Part shown: positions 35,601 to 45,399 of the stretch, piece by piece
Layout of the letters: each line of letters begins with the position of its first letter
How positions within the stretch are numbered: the first letter of the stretch is position 1
NCBI GenBank assembly: GCA_963809845.1
Contig: CAWELO010000013.1
Location: 309,665-373,664, forward strand
Length of the DNA: 64,000 nt
Direction of reading: 5' to 3'
Source of the DNA: an uncultured Verrucomicrobiae bacterium
Lineage (GTDB): Bacteria; Verrucomicrobiota; Verrucomicrobiia; Limisphaerales; UBA8199
Position numbers and translations under genes: made by a program
The notes under the pieces: generated by a model
Told to the model about the DNA's origin: nothing
Databases searched by the model: none
What the model saw: only the letters and a program-made list of their open reading frames with translations

Positions 35601-35736
35601 GGAGATGACTTACTCGAAAAAGCGGCGCGTTCCAATAAAAATGGGCGGGGAAAGCAGGTTCTACTGGGGAATGATAGCCCAAAAGTATCCGAGCGGGAAC
35701 AAGGCGAAGCCCTCGAGCCCACCCCTGCTTGCGAAC

Positions 35737-35765
35737 TTGATCCGGTGGCGGCGGGCTTCTAGCTT
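35737..35765 (+). promoter_or_regulatory. sigma70-type promoter for hisD (near-leaderless)
   Basis: TTGATC-N17-TAGCTT ending 8 nt before the ATG. Confidence 0.5.
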
Positions 35766-35773
35766 CGGAGCCG

Positions 35774-37063
35774 ATGAAAGTGACACGGCACACCGATAAA
35801 GACTTCGCGGCGCGCGTGCGCGAGGTGACGGCGCCCTCGAGCTTGTTCGACCCGGGCATCGAGCAGCGGACCCAGGCGATCCTCGACGACGTTTACCAGC
35901 GCGGGGATCAGGCGCTGCTCGAGTTGACCGAACGGTTTGACGGCGCCAGGCTGCTGCCCGACGCCCTCGCGCTGACGCGGGCCGAACTGATCACAGCCTC
36001 GCTGAAGGCTGACACGGCCCTGCGCGCGGCGGTAACGGAGGCGGAGCGCAACATCGCACGGTTCGCCGCGAAATCCTTGCGCCGGAACTGGCAGACCCGA
36101 AACAGTCACGGGGGCTGGGTCGGCGAGCGGTTCGACCCTTTTCAACGCGTTGGGATTTATATCCCCGGCGGGACAGCGCCCTTGGTATCCACAGCGTTGA
36201 TGACCGTGACGCTGGCGAAGGTGGCCGGTTGTCCCGAGATTGTCGTGTGCACGCCTTGCGGCAAGGACGGCAGCGTCAACCCGGCGCTGCTGTTCGCCGC
36301 GCGCGCCGCGGGCGCGACCGAGATTTACCGGGTCGGCGGGGCCCAGGCCATCGCGGCCATGGCGTACGGCACACGGACCATTCGGCGGGTGCAAAAGATT
36401 TTTGGCCCCGGGAATGCCTATGTCGTCGCCGCCAAGCGGTTGGTAGTCGGGCACGTGGCGATCGATCTGCTGCCGGGCCCGAGCGAACTCCTGGTGCTGG
36501 CCGATGACACCGCCCATCCTGCGCACGTGGCGTCCGACCTGCTGGCCCAGGCCGAGCACGGTTCCGGCCATGAACGGGTCTGGCTGGTGACGCCCTCAAG
36601 CAAGCTGCTCGAAGCGGCGCGCAAGCAAATCGTCCGCCAGTTGGCCAAGCTCACGCGCCGTGAATTCACACAACGCGCTCTGGACCACGGCTGGCTGATT
36701 CAGGTGCGATCGGTGGACGATGGGATTGCCCTGGCAAACCAGCTTGCGCCGGAGCATTGCGAAGTGATGGTTCGCCAGGCCAGGAAGGTGTCCGAGCAGA
36801 TCCTGACCGCTGGCGCCATTTTCCTGGGGCCTTGGTCGCCCACCGTCCTGGGCGATTACGTCGCCGGTCCAAGCCATACCCTCCCCACCGGCGGAGCTGG
36901 ACGGTCCTTTGCGGGCCTGACAGTGGACCAATTCCAGCGGCGGACCAGCGTCGTGGAATACAATCGGACGGCCTTGAGAAAGGCCCTGGGCGCGGTGAAA
37001 AAGTTCGCTGAGCTCGAGGGCTTGGATGCGCACGGAAAGAGCGCTGAAGCCCGGTTCGGTTGA
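35774..37063 (+). CDS. hisD: histidinol dehydrogenase
   Basis: GIYIPGG, GGAQAIAAMAYG, GPGNAYV, GPSE, DLLAQAEH, APEH, GDYVAGPSHTLPT. Confidence 0.97.
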   Translation: MKVTRHTDKDFAARVREVTAPSSLFDPGIEQRTQAILDDVYQRGDQALLELTERFDGARLLPDALALTRAELITASLKADTALRAAVTEAERNIARFAAKSLRRNWQTRNSHGGWVGERFDPFQRVGIYIPGGTAPLVSTALMTVTLAKVAGCPEIVVCTPCGKDGSVNPALLFAARAAGATEIYRVGGAQAIAAMAYGTRTIRRVQKIFGPGNAYVVAAKRLVVGHVAIDLLPGPSELLVLADDTAHPAHVASDLLAQAEHGSGHERVWLVTPSSKLLEAARKQIVRQLAKLTRREFTQRALDHGWLIQVRSVDDGIALANQLAPEHCEVMVRQARKVSEQILTAGAIFLGPWSPTVLGDYVAGPSHTLPTGGAGRSFAGLTVDQFQRRTSVVEYNRTALRKALGAVKKFAELEGLDAHGKSAEARFG

Positions 37064-37096
37064 ACGCCACACCGGACCGCCACTGACGAATCGCCC

Positions 37097-38246
37097 ATGA
37101 AGAACCCACGCCAAAGCGCCCCGGCTCTTTAACCGGCTCATTCCGTCCCGCGTCAAGGCCTTGGCCCCCTACGTCCCGGGAGAGCAACCAAAACTTCCCG
37201 GGTTGGTAAAGCTGAATACCAACGAAAATCCGTATCCCCCATCGCCGAGGGTCCTGGCCGCCACGAGAGCCGCCACCGATCAACGCTTGCGCCTTTACCC
37301 GGACCCCACCGCCGCGCCGCTGCGCGAAAAGCTGGCGCGCCTCCACGGCTGTCAACCGAAGAATATCATCGTGGGAAACGGTTCGGATGAACTGCTGGCG
37401 CTGGCGGTGCGGTGCTTTGTGGACCCGGCCAGCCCCGGCAAGTCACCTGCGCGCAGCCGGGTGCAGTTCTTTTCGCCAAGTTATTCCCTGTATCCGGTGC
37501 TCGCGGCGATTCACGGCGCGCAAAGCAATCCCGTGCCGCTCGGCGCGGATTTCAGCCTGCCGTCGCTCCCGGAGCTCAAGCGCGGCCGGAAATGGGATTT
37601 TAAAGCTGCGCTGACTTTGGTCACCACGCCGAATGCCCCCAGTGGCCGAGGCTACGCCACGGCCGAGCTGGAACGGCTGTGCCGGGCCCAGCACGGAGTG
37701 GTGTTGCTGGACGAGGCCTACGTCGATTTCGCCGCCGAACACGCCCTCGGGTTGGCCCTCAAATATCCGCATGTGCTGGCCGCCCGAACCTTCTCGAAAG
37801 CTTACTCGCTGTGTTTTCAACGCGTCGGTTACCTGGTCGGGCACCCTGCCCTGATCCACGCGCTGCAAAAAATCCGCGATAGCTACAACGTCAACGGCCT
37901 GGGCCAGATCGCGGCCGCAGCCACCCTGGACGACTTGGCGTACTACCGGGAGAATTTCCGGCAAATCATCGCCACGCGTGAAAAACTCGCGCGCGATCTA
38001 GCCGGGTTGGGGTTCGAGGTCCTGCCCAGCCAGACCAATTTCATTTTGGCCAAGCCCCCGGGATTTCCTGCGGAACGCTGGCTGAAGGAATTGCGGAAGC
38101 GGAAGATTCTGGTGCGCTGGTTTGCCTCGCCAGGTGTTCGGGATTATCTGCGGATCACCATCGGCACGCCGGGCCAGGCGGCGGCTTTGGTGCGTGCGGT
38201 CCGCGAGATACGAGGAGGCAAGAGTGCGCGGGAGCCGAGAGCTTAG
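37097..38246 (+). CDS. hisC: histidinol-phosphate aminotransferase; ATG 37097 is one base out of frame with the body (37161..38246)
   Basis: YVPGEQP, KLNTNENPY, GNGSDE, PNAPSG, DEAYVDF, RTFSKAY. Confidence 0.95.
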
Positions 38247-38282
38247 ACAGGGGTTCGGAGCTATTCGGACCTGCCGGGAGCA

Positions 38283-38308
38283 CGTGATGCGTGATGCGTG
38301 ATGCGTGA
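38283..38308 (+). repeat. short tandem repeat (CGTGATG)n
   Basis: CGTGATG x3 plus CGTGA. Confidence 0.8.
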
Positions 38309-38662
38309 CAAGGTCCCGTCCTGAAATAGGTTGGTGCTCGGTTCTTTCATGACCAAGCACCAACCTGGTTCAGGACTTGACCTAACGACAAAGGAGCCGG
38401 AGCAAGAACGGGATTCGAGCGGGAAAGGAAGCAACATAAGCGGGAAGAGAAGCGGTCGCCGGTTCCCCGGAAGTTAGGCAGAGCCCGCGCGCTGTCGCTT
38501 TTTGAGACACAAGAAACGCGGCCGCGTCGCTCCCCATCCTCGTCCTTGGCCGTCACCGGTGCGGTGAGGGGGCGGGCGCGGGCGAGGAGGACCGGGGTGT
38601 AAAGCCGCCGGGCCGATGCCCGAATGCGCCGCACCCGGCACCATTTGTGCTCCGCAGTAGGC

Positions 38663-39478
38663 GTGTACCTGGACTATTATGGCTTGAACGAACCGCCGTT
38701 CGATATCACGCCGAACCCGCGGTTTCTCTTCTACAGCGCGAAACATCGGGAAGCTTACAATCACCTGGTTTACGGCATTCGAGAACGGAAAGGGTTTGTG
38801 CAGCTCACCGGGGAAGTCGGCGCCGGCAAGACAACGCTCTGCCGGGCCATGCTGGAACAGCTCGATGACCAGTTCGCCACCGCGCTGATACTGAACCCGG
38901 TGATGAGTCCGGATGAACTCATGAAGGCGATCGCGCTCGAATTCGGACTGCCGGTGCACGGTTTGGATCGCCTGGACACCGTGGCGGTCATCAACCAGTT
39001 CCTGCTGCAGCAAGTCGAGGCCGGCAAGGACGCCGTGCTGATCATCGACGAGGCGCAGGATCTCACCGACGAACTGCTCGAACAGGTCCGGCTGCTCTCC
39101 AACCTTGAAACCGACAATCGCAAGCTCCTGCAAATCGTGCTCATGGGCCAACCGGAACTGCGCGACCGCCTGAACAACCCGCGTTTGCGCCAGTTGCGCC
39201 AGCGCATTACCGTCCGCTATCACCTGCAGCCCCTGAGCCGCCAGGAGGTCAGCCAGTACGTGCAGCATCGCCTCCATCTGTGCGGCGGCAACGGCACCCC
39301 CGCCTTCACCAGCCCCGCCATGTGGCGCGTCTATCGCTACAGCAAGGGCATCCCGCGGCTGGTCAATGCCATCTGCGACAAAGCGCTGCTGGCCGGGTTT
39401 GTCGCGCAGCAGGAGCGCATCAATTTCCGCCTGGTCAACCATGCCGTTCAGGAATTGGAAGGGAACATCAACTCATGA
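38663..39478 (+). CDS. exeA: ExeA/GspA-like AAA+ ATPase (no C-terminal peptidoglycan-binding domain)
   Basis: YYGLNEPPFDITPNPRF, TGEVGAGKTT, IIDEAQ, LMGQPEL, LRQRI, GIPRLVN..CD.ALL. Confidence 0.9.
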   Translation: MYLDYYGLNEPPFDITPNPRFLFYSAKHREAYNHLVYGIRERKGFVQLTGEVGAGKTTLCRAMLEQLDDQFATALILNPVMSPDELMKAIALEFGLPVHGLDRLDTVAVINQFLLQQVEAGKDAVLIIDEAQDLTDELLEQVRLLSNLETDNRKLLQIVLMGQPELRDRLNNPRLRQLRQRITVRYHLQPLSRQEVSQYVQHRLHLCGGNGTPAFTSPAMWRVYRYSKGIPRLVNAICDKALLAGFVAQQERINFRLVNHAVQELEGNINS

Positions 39479-40275
39479 GTCTGATCAATGATGCCCTCAA
39501 GCGCGTCAAGGCCGCCCAGCAACAACCTCCCCCTTCGGCGGCGATCGGACCGGGCTTGAAACCCGTCGAGGCCCCGACCCCGGTGGCTTACGGGCAAAGT
39601 CTGTGGTTACCCACGAGTTTAGCCGTCGGCGCAATCCTCGCTCTGGCCCTGGTCTGGGCGCTGCGTGGCCGAATCGACTTGGCCGCCACAGTGCCGGTCC
39701 GCGCGCAAACGATGCAGTCGGATCCTCCGGCCAACCAGGCCCATGACACCACGGACCCGCTCGCCCGTGCCCCGGATACATCGCTGACGCGCTCAGCATC
39801 ACCGCAGGAGTCGATCCTCAAGCCGGTAACGGCCGCGAAGACGCCCTCCGCACCACAGACGATCGACCCTTCCGTGGCGGTGACCGCAAGTCACTCACTA
39901 CCTCCGTCCGCGGAAAGCAACGCTCAGCGGGCAGTCCTGCCGCAGTCGAGCTCGGTCGCGCCTGCGCCGCCGGCCGCCACAGCCGGCACCGGCTCCGCAC
40001 CTGCCGCCGCACTTTCTCCGCTGGCCACCAATGCATCGCCGGTGGCGCTGGTGACCAGCAATGCCACACCCGTTGGAGACGCCGCACCCCCCAAACCGCC
40101 CGCCATGAAACTGCAGGGCATCATTTTTGATCCCAAACGGCCGTCCGCCGTCATCAATGGCCGGACCGTTTTTATCGGAGACCGTATCCACGGAATGCGG
40201 GTCGTCGCCATCACCTCAGGAACCGCCACCCTCGTCGGCGCCGGCCACACCAACCTCCTGAGCATGGCCGAGTGA
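39475..40275 (+). CDS. GspB/ExeB-like protein
   Basis: MSLINDALKR start, one TM, Pro/Ala-rich linker, C-terminal KLQGIIF...SAVING...GD; ATGA overlap with exeA. Confidence 0.75.
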   Translation: MSLINDALKRVKAAQQQPPPSAAIGPGLKPVEAPTPVAYGQSLWLPTSLAVGAILALALVWALRGRIDLAATVPVRAQTMQSDPPANQAHDTTDPLARAPDTSLTRSASPQESILKPVTAAKTPSAPQTIDPSVAVTASHSLPPSAESNAQRAVLPQSSSVAPAPPAATAGTGSAPAAALSPLATNASPVALVTSNATPVGDAAPPKPPAMKLQGIIFDPKRPSAVINGRTVFIGDRIHGMRVVAITSGTATLVGAGHTNLLSMAE

Positions 40276-40422
40276 CCCGGGGGCGTTAGAGCGGATGGAA
40301 GAGCGCTCGGAAGCATTGATTCGAATGCTGCGGGTATCAGGTTTTTCAATGTTCCGCATTATCCCGCCTGGACTATACTGGTGACGTTCCTATACGACTT
40401 AACGTGACCAGCCTTTGAAACT

Positions 40423-41625
40423 ATGAAAGCGCACAAATGGATTCTAGCCCTCGTCGTCAACCTGTTCGTGTTCATCGGACCAGCCGAAGCTCAACACAAT
40501 CCGTTCGACCTTTGGGCCTCGCGCAACAGCGAGACCACATGGCACTTACTGGGTGTCGCTTATGGCCATGGAACCTATGTTGCCGTTGGTGGCTTGCCAC
40601 CGTTCGACCCTTCAGGACCAATCCAGGCCAGCCTGCTCAGCTCCCCAGATGGAGTTACCTGGACCAAGCTGGCCCTGCCAACCAACGCCAACTTTTACGG
40701 GGTTTCTTGCGTGAATGACCGATTTATCGCGGTTGGGGATTTCGGATTGATCATGGCTTCACCCGACGGTGTATCCTGGGCTCTCCAAAACAGTTCGGCC
40801 CAAAATGCCACGAGCGATATCTATCCCCTGGGAGGCGTTGCTTTCGGTAACGGGACCTACGTGGCCATGGACCGATTGCTGGGGAATAATTGCTTGGTAT
40901 CTGCGGATGGCACCAATTGGGTCACCCGCACGCTTCAGTCAGGATCCAGTTTTGTCGAGATGGATCGAGTTCACTTCGATAATGGCTTGTTCGTGGCTGG
41001 CGGCTTGGTGAACAACGCTGCCATCCTCACCTCAACCAATGGTGTAAACTGGATCCCGCACCTCAGTCCATTGCCCGGCAGCGGCATCAATGACTTGGCG
41101 TATGGGGCGGGGCGCTGGGTTGCAGTTGGGGATCTTGCTGGTGTCATAACCTCTAGCAATGCGCTTACCTGGACGAAAGTTCAAGTCCCGGCTGCCTTAA
41201 CCCAGACAAACATCAATTTCCATGGCATTGTTTACAGCGACGGTTTCTTTGTGGTTGTCGGGGATTCCGGCACGGTTTTGACCTCACCAGATGGGTTGAA
41301 TTGGATTTCCCGGTCGTCACCGGGCACCGCGGCACTAAACGCGATTGCTTTTGGCACCGGCTCGCTCGTCGCGGTTGGGCTGTCCGGCGTCGTCTGGCAA
41401 TCGGCACCCATCCTGCACCTCACCGTCGGCTGGCAAAACGAAGGCGCAAACCTAACCCTCTCCTCGCCGTCCGGTCTCAACTGTGTCGTGCAAACGTCAA
41501 GCGATCTGATCAATTGGACCAACCTGTTTTCCATCCCCATGACCCAAACAACACAGACCTTGCTGGACACGAATGCATTGACATCACCGCAACGATCATA
41601 TCGAGCAATCACCCAAACCCAATGA
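40423..41625 (+). CDS. secreted beta-propeller (S-x-DG-xx-W repeat) protein with C-terminal beta module
   Basis: signal peptide; repeats V-A-Y/F-G-x-G-x-Y/F-VAVG...SPDGxxW; ends QTSSDLINW...RSYRA. Confidence 0.8.
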   Translation: MKAHKWILALVVNLFVFIGPAEAQHNPFDLWASRNSETTWHLLGVAYGHGTYVAVGGLPPFDPSGPIQASLLSSPDGVTWTKLALPTNANFYGVSCVNDRFIAVGDFGLIMASPDGVSWALQNSSAQNATSDIYPLGGVAFGNGTYVAMDRLLGNNCLVSADGTNWVTRTLQSGSSFVEMDRVHFDNGLFVAGGLVNNAAILTSTNGVNWIPHLSPLPGSGINDLAYGAGRWVAVGDLAGVITSSNALTWTKVQVPAALTQTNINFHGIVYSDGFFVVVGDSGTVLTSPDGLNWISRSSPGTAALNAIAFGTGSLVAVGLSGVVWQSAPILHLTVGWQNEGANLTLSSPSGLNCVVQTSSDLINWTNLFSIPMTQTTQTLLDTNALTSPQRSYRAITQTQ

Positions 41626-41797
41626 GCTTGGGCCATCACATTCAACCAAACCGAGAGAATTGGTAAGTGAAAGAACCCAAAGGCAAGTTCCGGTGCATCG
41701 GTTCATCGCTTGGGTCCCGCTCTTACGGTTTGGATTGGAAACAAGAAACCCCGCAAGCTCTCTTTCAAACCTCGACTTGGAAACCCGTGGAACTCCC

Positions 41798-42616
41798 ATG
41801 AATGAGGTAAATCTGATCCAAACGCAACCGACTGGCTTGAAGCTGCCACCCGCCGGCAGGGGTGTAATGTTCTATTGGGCCGTGTGCTGCCTGTGGTGGG
41901 GGCTGATGATGATCTGCTTTGCGACCTTCTACCACCGAAAGGTTTCGGGTGAGGCGGGCCATCTGACCTACAGAGACCGGATCGACCTGCTGCCGATCAT
42001 CCTGGTAACAGTGGTTTACCTGTCGCTCGTGGTCGTGCTACTGCTCCGGTTGCGCAAACGGTTCCGCGGGACGACCACCCGCCGGACGACCCGAGGTCTT
42101 TTGCATCTGCTCGTCGCTTCGCACGATGGCAGGCATCTCACGTTCCGAACCCCCCTGGAACGCGTCGTATTTGCGGGGGTGTGTTGCCTTTTCGCGGCCG
42201 CGGTTTCAGCTCTCAGCTTGATTCAGGCGGGTCCAACAAACGTTGCGGCGTTGATCCTCTCACTCATGCTTGTCGGTTCTATTTACGGTGTCGCTGCCTG
42301 GAGAAACGAACTTTATGTGAATCTGGAAGCCCGGTTCTTTCACCGCCGCCGGGGACTTTGGCCCCTCTACCGCGATTGGCACGGCTCCCTTTCGGAAGTC
42401 TCTCATGTCGCCATCGTTTGGCAGGGCACAGGCTTCGGCGGCAAATTACGTCGCGCCTATCTCATCTGGCGTGAACCAGGTGTTCCGCGGTTTCTGTATT
42501 GTGATGCATTGGCTGGCCTGCCCGTCTTCCAAGCAGCGCAACGGTTTGCCAAGACGCTGGCCGTTCCCCTGGAGGACAAGACGGGCGCTTTGCCGGAACC
42601 CCACGGGGAAACTTGA
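41798..42616 (+). CDS. hypothetical membrane protein
   Basis: four hydrophobic segments; no recognised motif. Confidence 0.6.
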   Translation: MNEVNLIQTQPTGLKLPPAGRGVMFYWAVCCLWWGLMMICFATFYHRKVSGEAGHLTYRDRIDLLPIILVTVVYLSLVVVLLLRLRKRFRGTTTRRTTRGLLHLLVASHDGRHLTFRTPLERVVFAGVCCLFAAAVSALSLIQAGPTNVAALILSLMLVGSIYGVAAWRNELYVNLEARFFHRRRGLWPLYRDWHGSLSEVSHVAIVWQGTGFGGKLRRAYLIWREPGVPRFLYCDALAGLPVFQAAQRFAKTLAVPLEDKTGALPEPHGET

Positions 42617-42622
42617 TGCCCC

Positions 42623-42961
42623 GTGATGAAGGTGACATTCCCGATCGCCTACACGATTCCCGAGCTGCGGGGATTCAATGGACAGCAGTTGTTCCGTGTC
42701 TGCAAACACTGTCATCCACGCGGCTACAATTGGTTTCTCATCCACTACCTGATGTTCGTCGGCCTGCTTGCCCTTTCCATAATTGAGGCTCTTTTGGTTC
42801 CAACCTGGGACGACGGCACGATCGGGTCGTGGCTCGCCCGGGCGGTTATTCTCCTGGCGCCTGTCGCCGTCGCAAACCTGTATTTCCACCTCGTATTTCG
42901 TGGAAGCCGGAAGCACCTGCAAGAGTTCATTCAAGCGCACAAACACGAGCTCGGATTATGA
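42623..42961 (+). CDS. hypothetical membrane protein
   Basis: two TM segments; closely spaced with neighbours. Confidence 0.55.
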   Translation: MMKVTFPIAYTIPELRGFNGQQLFRVCKHCHPRGYNWFLIHYLMFVGLLALSIIEALLVPTWDDGTIGSWLARAVILLAPVAVANLYFHLVFRGSRKHLQEFIQAHKHELGL

Positions 42962-42980
42962 TTCAACTCGCCAGGAAACC

Positions 42981-43250
42981 ATGAAGAGGTGGGTTCCCAT
43001 CCTGGCGGGGTTTGGTGCGGGCATTGTTTTGGCGTTCTGCTTGCTTTGCCTCAAGTCAAGACCCACCGAAGACACGTTCCTTGAAGCCCCGGTGAACTGG
43101 GCCATGAGCGTTCTCGAGCGTTCAATTCCGGCGCTTGGCTTCGGAGCAGTGTTAGTGTTTTTCCTGGTTTGGCTTTTATACTGGTCTTGCCTTGGCGCAC
43201 TCCTTGGCCTGCTCCTGCAATCCGCCCTTCGGTTATTCCGCAGAATTTAG
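42981..43250 (+). CDS. small hypothetical membrane protein
   Basis: CAGGAAACC-ATG; MKRWVPILAGFGAG..., hydrophobic. Confidence 0.55.
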   Translation: MKRWVPILAGFGAGIVLAFCLLCLKSRPTEDTFLEAPVNWAMSVLERSIPALGFGAVLVFFLVWLLYWSCLGALLGLLLQSALRLFRRI

Positions 43251-43272
43251 CCCACCATGGCCGGCAGAAAAA

Positions 43273-43307
43273 GGGTCAAGCCCTAACAAAGTGCGTCTTC
43301 CTTGACA
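43273..43307 (+). mobile_element. orphan left end of RAYT-like element
   Basis: GGGTCAAGCCCTAACAAAGTGC-N7-TTGAC, matching 43747-43780 which precedes a RAYT gene start. Confidence 0.65.
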
Positions 43308-43355
43308 GCCTCGCCGACGGCGGCGGCCTGATGTGTGATGCGCAATTGGGTGTCT

Positions 43356-43608
43356 ATCCCGAAGGGATCTGAGCACTCAGCCCAGGGTTGCCCCGCTCTT
43401 CCGCAGGAAGGGCGGGGCTACCCTGGGTCAACACGGCGTTGAGGATTATTTACCCTGAAAGGGTTTCAGCACCCCCGGTCCGGGGCTTCGCTCCAACCCT
43501 TTGCAGGGTTGACATTGGTTTGGGCACGCCAACCCAGGGTAGCTCGCGGACTCGCAACCCTGGGCTGAGTGCTCCCTATCCTTTCAGGATAACCGAAGGG
43601 ATCTGAGC
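43356..43608. repeat. composite REPIN-like element
   Basis: perfect 21-bp inverted arms 43371-43391 / 43554-43574, inner arms GCTACCCTGGGT / ACCCAGGGTAGC, four short hairpins, and a 16-bp direct repeat CCGAAGGGATCTGAGC at 43359 and 43593. Confidence 0.85.
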
Positions 43609-43726
43609 CTCCAAACCGGGCCTGGTCGTCGAGGCGGCGCGGGGTCGGGCGTAGCGGCACCGGAACATAGTATTTCAATTCTCACGTTCTTTCTTTCTCC
43701 AGTGGAGCAAATGCGCCACGAAAAAC

Positions 43727-44086
43727 GGGTCAAGCCTTAACAGATTGGGTTAACCCCTAACAAAGTGCATTGGGTTTGACGAGGCGAGCAGCTCTGGTCA
43801 ATCTGGATTTCATGCCGCGCCCATTGCGCAGCCAGTACCACGGCGCGATGTACCATCCTCCTTCGCCGTGGGCTACGGCGGGACAGGCGTCATGAGCCGA
43901 GGCAATCGGCGAGAGGACATTTTCCTGGATGACGTGGACCGCCATGACTTCTTGAAAACCTTGGCCGAGGCCTGTCAGAAAACCGGGTGGCAGGTGCACG
44001 CCTATGCGCCACCTCGTTCCTGTGCAGACTGCCCAGGCGACACTCCGTTGATGAAAGAAACCGACGCTTGTTACGGCACCCCTTTT
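43727..44086 (+). mobile_element. degenerate RAYT-like (Y1 HUH) transposase mini-element
   Basis: doubled left end, ATG 43812 MPRPLRSQYHGAMYH[32-nt insert]VMSRGNRREDIFLDD...GWQVHAY, cut off before the HUH motif; degenerate right end TTGTTACGGCACCCCTTTT. Confidence 0.85.
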
Positions 44087-44179
44087 CTTTGACCTGTTAC
44101 TGCTGTCAACAGTCTTTTTTTAACCAAATTCCACTTTTCTGGCAGGAAGCGCAGAAAACCACCCCCAACCGAGAGATTT

Positions 44180-44205
44180 ATCTTGCAATTCTCGTTTTGC
44201 AAGAT
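44180..44205. promoter_or_regulatory. palindromic operator upstream of the HTH-peptidase gene
   Basis: ATCTTGCAA-N8-TTGCAAGAT perfect 9-bp inverted repeat overlapping TTGCAA-N17-TATTTT. Confidence 0.65.
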
Positions 44206-44256
44206 TATTTTCCTCCGCCTAGTTAGAATCGCAACGAACACGACCACAAACCGCGC

Positions 44257-45399
44257 ATGAACCATTTCGCCAGCCAAGTCGGAGAGCGTATCCGTTTGGC
44301 CCGTGAGGCCAAGGGTGTGACGCAGGAGGCGTTCGCCAAGGCACTGGGCCACAACAATCACCAAACCGTTTCCGCAATTGAAACCGGCATCCGCCAGCTA
44401 CAGCCCGAAGAGCTCGCCCGTGCCTGCCAAATCCTCGCAAAGCCCCTCTCGTTTTTTACCGACCCGTACGTAGTCACAGAAACGAGGGCCTTTTCATACC
44501 GGGCCAAGCCCAACTCCCAGGACATCGACGCCTTCGAGAAGAAGGCCCATAACCTTATCTCCGCGAACCGGCGCTTCAGGGAAGTCCTCGACGAGCCCGC
44601 CGCGCCCATCGGACAGCAACTCCGAGGACTCACGCGCCAATCAACGCTTTACCAAGCCACCCTCCTCGGCCAGCAAATCTCGAAGGCACTCAGACTCGGC
44701 GACGCCCCAGCCGTGAAACTCCGGGAAGCCATCGAAACCGCGTGCAAAGTCATGGTGCTTTTCGTGGACGCGCCGCAAAGTATTTCCGGCGCGGCCTGCC
44801 ACCTGGCTGACGGCGACTTCATCCTCATTAACAGGACCGAAGTATCGTTCCGTCGCCATTTCGACCTCGGGCACGAGTTTTTCCACATCCTCACCTGGAT
44901 CGAAATGCCGCCCGAGCGGCTTGACCCGGAGTTGGAAGGCAAAGAAAAACCAAAGATCGAGAAACTCGCCGACGCGTTCACCGCCGGCCTGCTCATGCCA
45001 TACGAGGTCGTGTCGAAAGGCTGGCAGTCCCGCCAACCCAACCAGGACATTCACGACGCCATTCTGGCGTTGGCGAACGAACTGCGCGTTTCAGGCCCGG
45101 CTATGTACTGGCGCTTGGTCAACACCTCCCTGCTCAGCAACACCGAGCAGGAATCCGTTGACACCGACAAACTCAGCCGCCCGGACGACAACGACCCGTC
45201 CGGCCGGCCAAATCTCTTCAACGCTGACTTCGTCCGCCGCCTTCACGCCGTGCTTCAACGCGGGCTTCTAAGCGCACGCAAGGCGTCCGAATTGTTGGAC
45301 TGCGACCCGGACGATCTCCGCACCATCTGCGCAGCCTACGGGCACCCTTCACCCGTTTGCGCCCCAACCCTTCCAACGAATGCCCCCGCACCAGGCTAG
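44257..45399 (+). CDS. XRE HTH + ImmA/IrrE (M78) metallopeptidase fusion
   Basis: GERIRLARE..GVTQ..A..LG....TVSAIETG.R HTH; RRHFDLGHEFFH (HExxH); EKLADAF.AGLLMP. Confidence 0.92.
   Translation: MNHFASQVGERIRLAREAKGVTQEAFAKALGHNNHQTVSAIETGIRQLQPEELARACQILAKPLSFFTDPYVVTETRAFSYRAKPNSQDIDAFEKKAHNLISANRRFREVLDEPAAPIGQQLRGLTRQSTLYQATLLGQQISKALRLGDAPAVKLREAIETACKVMVLFVDAPQSISGAACHLADGDFILINRTEVSFRRHFDLGHEFFHILTWIEMPPERLDPELEGKEKPKIEKLADAFTAGLLMPYEVVSKGWQSRQPNQDIHDAILALANELRVSGPAMYWRLVNTSLLSNTEQESVDTDKLSRPDDNDPSGRPNLFNADFVRRLHAVLQRGLLSARKASELLDCDPDDLRTICAAYGHPSPVCAPTLPTNAPAPG

Noticed and set aside
43630..43700. Minus-strand start MRIEILCSGAATP, like a metallo-beta-lactamase-fold N-terminus
   Set aside because: Only about 13 suggestive codons; cannot be supported
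43273..43770. CCCTAACAA motifs resembling integron attC inverse cores
   Set aside because: No matching GTTRRRY at attC distance and no integron integrase; the motif is better explained as part of the RAYT-type end
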